Source of the DNA: Saccharolobus sp. E5-1-F
GTDB taxonomy: Archaea > Thermoproteota > Thermoprotei_A > Sulfolobales > Sulfolobaceae
DNA: 24,000 nt
Assembly: GCF_009601705.1 (NCBI RefSeq)
Contig: NZ_CP045687.1
Location: forward strand, 384,630 to 408,629
Direction of reading: 5' to 3'
Shown here piece after piece: positions 17,549 through 24,000 of the stretch (position 1 is the stretch's first letter; every line of letters starts with the position of its first letter). The position numbers were made by a program, and so were the translations under genes. Below the pieces are notes generated by a model. That model saw nothing but the letters and a program-made list of their open reading frames with translations. It searched no databases and was not told where the DNA came from.

Positions 17549-18296
17549 TCTTCCCCACCTCTAAAACTAATAGATACTTTTTCATTTCTGCAGTTACAGA
17601 GGAGTAACTTTCAGCTACATTCATAGCAATATTGGCTAAATCTTTTGCTCTTATCTTACCATTATTAGTCCTAATATAAGATTGCACCTTATTTACGATA
17701 AACATATCATCAGCAGAAATATAACCTAATTCGTATAAAGCTGTCAACTTAGAATCATTATAATCCAAAATTTCTAGTAATACACAATTTCTGATAAAAG
17801 TGCTCAAATCTATGTTGGATGTTCCAACAATTTCCGCTACAGCCTTTAATTCTTTGTTACCTTCTGGTTTCTGTTCGCCTTTAGACTGCTCCGATATGAT
17901 ATTGAAAGGGGATGAAGAGTCAGCTTGGGCAGATTTTAGAGATAAAACGGCATCTTCAATTGAAGAATTTAATTTCTGTAAGGTCTGCTTTAAATCTTCC
18001 ATAGATGTATTTAGAACATTTACTAGATCACTTTGATATTTATCCATTCTACCTATTAGGTTCTTAAGGAGTTCTTCAATCTCCTTGGTAGAGTTACTCG
18101 TAACTCCTTGTTGTTGCTGATTTTGTGTAGTAGTAGTTTGTGTTGTTTGTATATTTTTAGGCCTAGTTATTCTTGGTAATACTATCTTAAAAAAGGATAT
18201 AAAGAATGCTGCTAAAGGTATGCTTACGCTAATCAGTAAAATAAATAGTGGAGACTCCATTAGTTGTTGCAATTCAGGTAAGTTTATGTTTATCAT
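17541..18296 (-). CDS. arlX: crenarchaeal archaellum scaffold ring protein ArlX (FlaX)
   Basis: 251 aa with an N-terminal TM helix, a T/Q-rich linker (TTQTTTTQNQQQQ) and coiled-coil-like heptads. It is the second gene, after the archaellin. A strong SD, GAGGTGA, is the reverse complement of 18300-18306. Confidence 0.75.
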   Translation of the reverse strand: MININLPELQQLMESPLFILLISVSIPLAAFFISFFKIVLPRITRPKNIQTTQTTTTQNQQQQGVTSNSTKEIEELLKNLIGRMDKYQSDLVNVLNTSMEDLKQTLQKLNSSIEDAVLSLKSAQADSSSPFNIISEQSKGEQKPEGNKELKAVAEIVGTSNIDLSTFIRNCVLLEILDYNDSKLTALYELGYISADDMFIVNKVQSYIRTNNGKIRAKDLANIAMNVAESYSSVTAEMKKYLLVLEVGKNG

Positions 18297-18324
18297 CCCT
18301 CACCTCATGAATGCTACAAATGGG

Positions 18325-18331
18325 AAAAAAA
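18325..18331 (-). terminator. T7 run between arlB and arlX, candidate partial terminator
   Basis: A7 on the plus strand equals T7 on the coding strand, 36 nt after the arlB stop. Archaeal RNA polymerase terminates at oligo-T tracts. Confidence 0.35.
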
Positions 18332-18366
18332 GATACCTTTTTATTACCTTTTTTAGCACTTTAATC

Positions 18367-19278
18367 TCACCCTATTACTGATATACTACCCTCTGGCTGG
18401 TATACATATTCAGATATTGTGAGAGAAGATCCTATATTGGGTGTAATTTGTATTGTTATTGTCTGATATTGAAATACATAACTTCCTAGATCTGGTCCAA
18501 ACAAAAGCATTACTCCTATTACTGATCCGGCGGGGGCGATAGCACTCCCTATTAATGGATCTCCTGCCACTGGATATGTAAATGCGAATGTCTGATTAAC
18601 AAACACATAGTAAGTAATTAGTTGGCCGCTTATGTTGAGAGTGAAAGTGAAACTATTGTCATTCTTTAACCATGGGTAATTGGTAGGGGCAGATTCGGAT
18701 GTAGTAATAAATATTGGTGATGGTGTTTTTATACTATGATATAGTGTGTAGTTAAGTGCTAGTAACGCATAGTAAGGATTAGGATAATATACATATGTTT
18801 GACCTGCACTTGTCTGCTGATTTACGAGATCTAAGTACTGCCCATTCGCGTATACGGCATTCGCTAGTTCAGATGGGGATACTGTTAATAAGGTGTAGTT
18901 ATATATATTTGAATACGCCACTCCTTCTGCAGATGCAATAAACGAGATGGCTGTAGTAGTGGGCGATAATTCCACGCTAGAAACTCCAGAACTTGGAGAT
19001 ACTGTAAAGTATATCCAGTAGCTTCTAGTATTTGATGGATAGTTGACAGCATATAGGACGGAGCCGGATAGTGTTAATGCTGTTGACGCCGTCTCCTCTC
19101 CTTTATTTATAGTGGATTTGGCTTTCTGTGTCACAAATAATCCCATATTTATAGCCACGTAAGCTAATACTGATGCAGTTATTATGAATGCTATTAATAT
19201 TATTGCAGTGTCTAATCCCGCTAATCCTTTCCTTTTCACTTTTTTGTTGTATTCCTTTAACATTTTTTTGGGGTTCAT
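18367..19278 (-). CDS. arlB: archaellin ArlB (FlaB)
   Basis: 303 aa with a class III signal peptide and hydrophobic N-terminus (KRKGLAGLDTAIILIAFIITASVLAYVAI). The remainder is Ser/Thr/Tyr-rich beta sequence with four N-x-S/T sequons. Confidence 0.9.
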   Translation of the reverse strand: MNPKKMLKEYNKKVKRKGLAGLDTAIILIAFIITASVLAYVAINMGLFVTQKAKSTINKGEETASTALTLSGSVLYAVNYPSNTRSYWIYFTVSPSSGVSSVELSPTTTAISFIASAEGVAYSNIYNYTLLTVSPSELANAVYANGQYLDLVNQQTSAGQTYVYYPNPYYALLALNYTLYHSIKTPSPIFITTSESAPTNYPWLKNDNSFTFTLNISGQLITYYVFVNQTFAFTYPVAGDPLIGSAIAPAGSVIGVMLLFGPDLGSYVFQYQTITIQITPNIGSSLTISEYVYQPEGSISVIG

Positions 19279-19315
19279 TTTTTGGTCACTTGCTGAAATG
19301 CGTTTCTCAGAACAC

Positions 19316-19324
19316 TTTTAAAAA
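19316..19324 (-). promoter_or_regulatory. TATA box candidate of the arlB promoter
   Basis: TTTTTAAAA on the coding strand, centred about 42 nt upstream of the arlB ATG, implying a short 5' UTR. Confidence 0.4.
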
Positions 19325-19338
19325 CCTCTCTCTGATTT

Positions 19339-19353
19339 TCGACTACAAGTCGA
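19339..19353. promoter_or_regulatory. inverted repeat TCGAC-N5-GTCGA upstream of the arlB TATA box
   Basis: Read directly as TCGACTACAAGTCGA. It lies between the divergent arlB and 19400-ORF core promoters. Confidence 0.25.
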
Positions 19354-19366
19354 TATGACTTTAGCT

Positions 19367-19376
19367 ATTTTTTAAG
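19367..19376 (+). promoter_or_regulatory. TATA box candidate for the 19400 ORF (leaderless)
   Basis: ATTTTTTAAG, centred about 28 nt upstream of the ATG at 19400. Confidence 0.4.
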
Positions 19377-19399
19377 TAACTGTTAGCAAGTAATATTTA

Positions 19400-19885
19400 A
19401 TGAATCCCATATTTCTGGAATACAAGGTTATACATGATAATATTACATATTATATTATTTATGTTTTTATATCTAATTTATCACTAAAGTTAGTAACAAT
19501 GTATGTAATAAATCCTGATTCCCATTCAATTCTTAGTTATAATGTATCTTTGGAGCCTCAACAAATTTTTTCAAATATAACTGGACTATCTACATATTAT
19601 AGCTTAAATGGAAAAAAGATTCTTGCTTATGAAAGCTACAATGGGAGTATAATAGTAGCATATAACGGGTTAATTCTGAAAAAGGTTAGCAATAACTCCA
19701 TTCGTTATCTTGTAGCTGCTAACTATCCTGGAATTGATAACAGTAAATTCCCTAGTCTTTATAAACTAGCCAAGATCTCCATTTTTGATTCTAATATAAG
19801 GGTTCTAATTTTAGGAGTTTTATTAACTATTTTGTTATTCTTCATTCTAAAAGTTATGGTGGAAAGGTATGATAAGGTTAGATAA
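19400..19885 (+). CDS. uncharacterised sequon-rich protein with a single C-terminal TM anchor (paralogue A)
   Basis: 161 aa with 6 N-x-S/T sequons, a C-terminal helix VLILGVLLTILLFFILKVM and a basic tail. It is a paralogue of the 22690 ORF. A promoter sits at leaderless distance, and the gene overlaps the next gene by 17 nt. Confidence 0.6.
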   Translation: MNPIFLEYKVIHDNITYYIIYVFISNLSLKLVTMYVINPDSHSILSYNVSLEPQQIFSNITGLSTYYSLNGKKILAYESYNGSIIVAYNGLILKKVSNNSIRYLVAANYPGIDNSKFPSLYKLAKISIFDSNIRVLILGVLLTILLFFILKVMVERYDKVR

Positions 19886-21341
19886 AAATAACTTCATTCC
19901 GTGGATTTCTGTAGTTCTCTTATTTTTTGCCTACTCCATAGGGACTGGCTTGTATATAACTATACATCGTGTTACGTATTATCCTATTTTTGAATCTAAA
20001 ATTGTTTCAGTACTTCTCACGATATTCTCATCATCATTAATGACTCTTTACAATTATAAGAGATATGTTTTTCTAGTTCCATTATCTCTATTGTCTTTCC
20101 TCTCTGTATCATTAACTCCTCTTATAATCTCTATATTTATTTTACATGAGCTAAGGAAAGTTGACCGGACAGTTAGTATTATATTCCTAGTAATAGATGC
20201 ATCCATGTTATCATGGCTCATTCTACGTATACTATTGGGCGTTAATACTTACTTTTCTTTTCCTCTAATGATTTTAGAAGCGGGAGCGCCTATGGTGATT
20301 CCATTTATATGGTTTGGTGGAGTAATATTCTCCATTTATAAAAGAGATTTAAGTAGTAAGAGTCAACTATTAATTAGTCCCTTAATCCCATTTATTGTAG
20401 TACTACTTATTTCTCTAATCCCTTACTTTCCTTTTGTAAATCCTTATAAATTTCCAGAAACTGTTGATTTTAAGTATTATTACTCATGGCTCTTAACACC
20501 TACCTTCAGTGGGTGGTTCTTTTACTCCAGGCCTTTGTATTTAATGCTTTTATATATATTATCACTTATTTTTAAGCCGTATACAGTAGCATATTATGAA
20601 TTTGTATTTCTTTCTGTCTTCTATGTATATTCTGCATATAAGCTAGCCTCAGCTTTGGATAAATCTATAGCTTCTTTATCTGCCTTATTGGCTTCAGTAT
20701 CTCCTATGCTAATTACCTTTCTATATTCTGGTCTGGAAGCTAACTTATTTTCAATTTCACTAATGTATATCTCAATGTCATATCTTATCAAAAGGGAAAA
20801 ATTAGGTTTAGCAATACTTTTTTCTTTACTATCAATGTTCTCTCACATATACGCTTGGGCTCAATTATCAGCCGCTATATCTCTATACTATATCCTTAAA
20901 TCAATTATACGTAAATCTAGACCAGACAACTATACGCTAACCTATTTGTCCTTTTCAATTCCCTTTATAGCTATTGGATTCTTTTTAATTTTAAGTGGTG
21001 TTTTCCCAGTACCTATGGGACTATTAAACTATAATCAACTTGTATACCAAATAGCTGTGGTAAGTTGGGGATCAAATAATGCTTTGCTATACTTTTTGTT
21101 ATCATCATTTGGAAATAAGTATGTTAAAGAAGGCGTTCTGAATTTTGTCTATTCAATCTCGGTATTTGGTATTATCTTTTTGTCCCCGGCTACCAATTTA
21201 ATTATTGACTTACCTCTTTTTATTCCCGCTGCTTATGCCATAAGAAATATTGATAGGCAAAGTGTTTCGGTATTATTACTCTTAGGTTTAATATTATGGG
21301 GTATTTATATGAGTATTAATAGCGTTCCTATGCTATCATAG
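19869..21341 (+). CDS. uncharacterised large polytopic membrane protein
   Basis: 490 aa, with hydrophobic helices throughout (a dozen or more by eye) and aromatic-rich loops (FPETVDFKYYYSW). I recognised no catalytic motif. Confidence 0.8.
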   Translation: MIRLDKNNFIPWISVVLLFFAYSIGTGLYITIHRVTYYPIFESKIVSVLLTIFSSSLMTLYNYKRYVFLVPLSLLSFLSVSLTPLIISIFILHELRKVDRTVSIIFLVIDASMLSWLILRILLGVNTYFSFPLMILEAGAPMVIPFIWFGGVIFSIYKRDLSSKSQLLISPLIPFIVVLLISLIPYFPFVNPYKFPETVDFKYYYSWLLTPTFSGWFFYSRPLYLMLLYILSLIFKPYTVAYYEFVFLSVFYVYSAYKLASALDKSIASLSALLASVSPMLITFLYSGLEANLFSISLMYISMSYLIKREKLGLAILFSLLSMFSHIYAWAQLSAAISLYYILKSIIRKSRPDNYTLTYLSFSIPFIAIGFFLILSGVFPVPMGLLNYNQLVYQIAVVSWGSNNALLYFLLSSFGNKYVKEGVLNFVYSISVFGIIFLSPATNLIIDLPLFIPAAYAIRNIDRQSVSVLLLLGLILWGIYMSINSVPMLS

Positions 21342-21373
21342 TAAGATTTTTATTTTCCCTTCGAGATTTATTA

Positions 21374-21778
21374 ATGATGAGGGAAATATACCAGTTATTA
21401 TTAGTTGGTATTATCTCTTTTTTAGTGATTATGACTGCAGTATCTAGGCTTTATGTTCTCCTCGTTCCTATTGTTTTGTTTTCGACATACTTGATTGTTA
21501 AGTCTAGAATACCAGAAATAAAAGATTTAAAATCATTTTATAAATACGTAGAAAAAGTCTATGGAAGAGATTTCGCAGCTATTATCAGGAACAAATATAA
21601 TGTAATTCAAGGTGATTTTACGTTGGCTTATTTCCCGTCATCAATTAAAGACAATACTGTAGTTATAAGCGATAATCATCTAATCTTGAAACTAAATTCT
21701 TCTAAAGTATTAGTATTAAGTAAATATGAAGGTGTTGATTACTTAATAGACATGATTAAAGGTAATAGATCTAGTTAA
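21374..21778 (+). CDS. uncharacterised 2-TM protein with a ~85-aa soluble C-terminal domain
   Basis: 134 aa with two N-terminal helices (LLLVGIISFLVIMTAV and LYVLLVPIVLFSTYLIV) followed by a beta-rich domain. An AT-rich TATA-like element lies about 20-25 nt upstream. Confidence 0.65.
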   Translation: MMREIYQLLLVGIISFLVIMTAVSRLYVLLVPIVLFSTYLIVKSRIPEIKDLKSFYKYVEKVYGRDFAAIIRNKYNVIQGDFTLAYFPSSIKDNTVVISDNHLILKLNSSKVLVLSKYEGVDYLIDMIKGNRSS

Positions 21779-21833
21779 TGAACGCATTCTTACTTAGTAG
21801 AGATAATATGGTTTGGCTAATTATAATCAACAC

Positions 21834-21840
21834 TTAAATA
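21834..21840 (+). promoter_or_regulatory. TATA box candidate for arnR-like gene
   Basis: TTAAATA, ending 27 nt upstream of the ATG at 21867. Confidence 0.4.
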
Positions 21841-21866
21841 GATCCATTGGCTAAATAATTAATGAG

Positions 21867-22676
21867 ATGTCTTATAATATGTTTGATATCTTGAGGGAGC
21901 TAGATTCTATAGTAGATTTTGCTAGAGCTAAATTACAGTGGGATATTTTATTTTTCATAAATTCTAAGGGGCCTTCATCTGTTTCAGAAATAGCAGAGGG
22001 TACTAGTAACAGCAAAAAGGCGGTAATTGATGCTATAAGGAAACTGATAGAGAAGGAACTGATTATTAAGGTTAAGTATGACGTTTACGATTTATCTGAT
22101 AAGGGAAAGCAAGTATTAAATAAACTCAATTCCTTTACATCTCATACAATACCTAGTCAAAATGATGTTGATTATAACAATAAGGCATTAGTAAATATAG
22201 AAAATCCTTCGCAAAACTTCTATTTGTTAGAATTGATAAAGATATCTCTGCTTAATAATGACATTTTACCTGTAGACAAAGCGTATAAAGAATTGGGAAT
22301 ATCAAAACAGACGCTTAAGTACTATCTAGAATTATTTATAAAAAAGAAGATTTTTAAAAAAGTGAACAAGAAGAACTTGTTAGGAAAGAATACTCAATGT
22401 ATTGTGCTAACTAATGAGGGAAGGAAAATGGCGTATAAGGTACCTAGCCTAATTAAAATAAAAAATAATTTATTTCTAAGATTATTATTAAAAATGACTT
22501 TTAGTATAAGTTATGAATCAGCCTTAGTGAAACTTATGGTTTTCTTCGCATTATCTTCACCCATAATAATATATTATGATGGCGATGAACCAATTCGTGA
22601 ACTTGGCATTTTATGGTTATATATGTTGGTCTTCACCTCATTATTGAGTATATTCGCTTATTTAACAATGAGATAG
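21867..22676 (+). CDS. arnR: membrane-bound winged-helix transcription regulator, ArnR-like archaellum regulator
   Basis: 269 aa with two wHTH-like modules (SVSEIAEGTSNSKKAVIDAIRKLIEKELI and AYKELGISKQTLKYYLELFIKKKIF) followed by two C-terminal TM helices. This architecture, next to the arl operon, matches ArnR/ArnR1 of Sulfolobus acidocaldarius as I remember them. Confidence 0.7.
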   Translation: MSYNMFDILRELDSIVDFARAKLQWDILFFINSKGPSSVSEIAEGTSNSKKAVIDAIRKLIEKELIIKVKYDVYDLSDKGKQVLNKLNSFTSHTIPSQNDVDYNNKALVNIENPSQNFYLLELIKISLLNNDILPVDKAYKELGISKQTLKYYLELFIKKKIFKKVNKKNLLGKNTQCIVLTNEGRKMAYKVPSLIKIKNNLFLRLLLKMTFSISYESALVKLMVFFALSSPIIIYYDGDEPIRELGILWLYMLVFTSLLSIFAYLTMR

Positions 22677-22689
22677 GTGATGGTTATAT

Positions 22690-23178
22690 ATGGAGTTAGT
22701 TAATGTTAGTCTTCTATATTTAGTAACAGGAAATTATACTCATTATCTTATGTTAGTTACTATACTTAATGTGAGCGATAATTTTGCTATTATAAACATG
22801 ACAGAGATAAGTCATAACATTACATTATCATATATCGTAGCCTATCCAATTTTCCTTATTTATGTACCAAACGAAACACAACAAAGTATAGTCACTCAGT
22901 TTAATGGATTAAACACCACGATTGTTAATATACGGAATTTTACGATCTATGTTGATGTATATAATGGCATAGTGGTACATTATATAGGACATGGAATTAA
23001 TGTAACTCTAATTGGAGCTACAATTCCCCTAGGGCCAGGGGTCTACAAATCAATTCCTTCATATATACTGGGTCATCAAAGAAGTAATAATAATATAGAA
23101 GAATATGAGACATTTCTTCTTACGATTGTACTAGTAGTTTCATTTTATATTATATTTGAGAGGATGAATAAAAAATGA
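22690..23178 (+). CDS. uncharacterised sequon-rich protein with a single C-terminal TM anchor (paralogue B)
   Basis: 162 aa with 9 N-x-S/T sequons and a C-terminal helix FLLTIVLVVSFYIIF plus basic tail. A GGTGAT SD at 22676-22681 lies 8 nt before the ATG. The gene starts 13 nt after the arnR stop. Confidence 0.65.
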   Translation: MELVNVSLLYLVTGNYTHYLMLVTILNVSDNFAIINMTEISHNITLSYIVAYPIFLIYVPNETQQSIVTQFNGLNTTIVNIRNFTIYVDVYNGIVVHYIGHGINVTLIGATIPLGPGVYKSIPSYILGHQRSNNNIEEYETFLLTIVLVVSFYIIFERMNKK

Positions 23179-23357
23179 AAATATATAATCTTGGAAGGGC
23201 TTTAATTTTAACTGGTATAGTGGAGCTAATATTGGCTTCTCTTTTTTATTCTGACAAGAAGGCTATTTTGTCGATATTATTGGGGGATTATTCGTATTTT
23301 TGCCTTCTTATTGGTGTTATAGTTATAGCCGTATATGGAGCAATAACTAAGAATTGA
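23175..23357 (+). CDS. small 2-TM membrane protein
   Basis: 60 aa with two hydrophobic helices. ATGA start/stop overlap with the preceding gene suggests translational coupling. Confidence 0.5.
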   Translation: MKIYNLGRALILTGIVELILASLFYSDKKAILSILLGDYSYFCLLIGVIVIAVYGAITKN

Positions 23358-23462
23358 TGTTTGGAATGAGTGTGGTCAACAATTTAATTAATTTGAAATT
23401 AATCGTATAAGTTGCTTTTGTTATGAAAATAAATCCTTTTATTTAGCGTAATACCTTTTTGG

Positions 23463-24000
23463 GTGAGCACGGGATTTTTATTGGTGAGCACATGCCTAAT
23501 AGATGGAATATCCCCGTCTAGACCAAGTTATTTTAATCCTATGGAGTATAATATTAATCTTAAGCCTAGATTTCACGTTAGGGAGGAGATCGCGTTAGGC
23601 TTAGCGAGTTATCTAGCTGGCTTATCCTCTTGGAGGACTACATTACCACACTCCACCTTGCTTTACTATTACAAGAGGCTTGGTAGGGTTAAGTATGTTG
23701 TGTCCTTGAGTGGTCTTTACGCTATTGACGAGACTAAGGTTGTTTGCGTTAGGGGGTAATTATTATTACGTTTGGATTATTAGGGATGTTGTAACTAAGG
23801 CTATTCCTTTCTTCATGGTCACTAGCTTGAGGAGTGGTTTTCACGTATTAATAGTTAACATGAGGGGGATTGATGAGATTGCTGGTAAGTACTTTAAGAG
23901 GGTTGATCGAGTGATTTAATTGCATGATGGTTTACCAGCTTATAATGCCTTTGACTGGTTTAATGTTAAGCACAAGAGGGTTTGGTAGGAGGGATTATGC
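23463..24000 (+). pseudogene. decayed DDE transposase of an IS6-like insertion sequence (continues beyond right edge)
   Basis: Pieces in two frames read ...YAIDETKVVCVRG / NYYYVWIIRDVVTKAIPFF ... RVI*LHDGLPAYNAF ... HKR. This resembles the IS6-type D..(DETkv.v.G..yylW...D)..D(tDg...Y) spacing. Lesions are a frame change at ~23710-23759, an in-frame TAA at 23917-23919 and another stop at 23986. The region looks more G+C-rich than its flanks by eye. Confidence 0.55.

Noticed and set aside
23710-23919. 69-aa ORF as an independent gene
   Set aside because: It continues the transposase sequence of the 23463 ORF in another frame (DETKV... / ...YYYVWIIRD). It is treated as part of one decayed IS gene.
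1-24000. tRNA, rRNA and C/D box sRNA genes
   Set aside because: No GC-rich cloverleaf-sized segments were found. I also found no convincing RUGAUGA...CUGA box pairs at proper spacing in the intergenic regions I inspected by eye (634-860, 9967-10735, 12664-12957, 23358-23462).

Overview
AT-rich archaeal sequence with Sulfolobales hallmarks: TATA boxes about 25-30 nt upstream of the ATG (leaderless genes), GGTGA-type SD motifs inside operons, and a crenarchaeal arlX/flaX gene. All calls come from motif and architecture recognition by eye; no searches were run.

Contents, left to right:
1. 1-633 (-): 5' part of a membrane protein gene that runs off the left edge and is absent from the ORF track.
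2. ~860-2544 (+): a decayed APC-type amino acid permease, broken by a ~184-nt MITE-like insertion and at least two frameshifts.
3. 2560-3402 (-): an orphan HEPN-like gene and a hotdog-fold thioesterase.
4. 3453-9966 (-): a tightly coupled eight-gene operon for anaerobic (early cobalt insertion) corrin ring synthesis, cbiX/C-cbiH-cbiD-cbiT-cbiL-cbiF-cbiG-cbiE. Its first gene is an apparent CbiX-CbiC fusion.
5. 9967-10735: a ~770-nt stretch without a convincing gene.
6. 10736-12663: a radical SAM/SPASM-like gene (-) divergent from an MBL-fold hydrolase (+).
7. 12958-19278 (-): the complete crenarchaeal archaellum operon arlB-arlX-arlG-arlF-arlH-arlI-arlJ (flaBXGFHIJ).
8. 19400-23357 (+): membrane protein genes around an ArnR-like membrane-bound wHTH regulator.
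9. 23463-24000 (+): a decayed IS6-like transposase at the right edge.

Most worth follow-up: the arnR-centred membrane module, which contains two sequon-rich paralogues anchored by a C-terminal helix, each translationally coupled to a downstream membrane protein. Next are the radical SAM gene, whose TAA stop is followed by a 60-codon in-frame open extension, and the CbiX-CbiC fusion.
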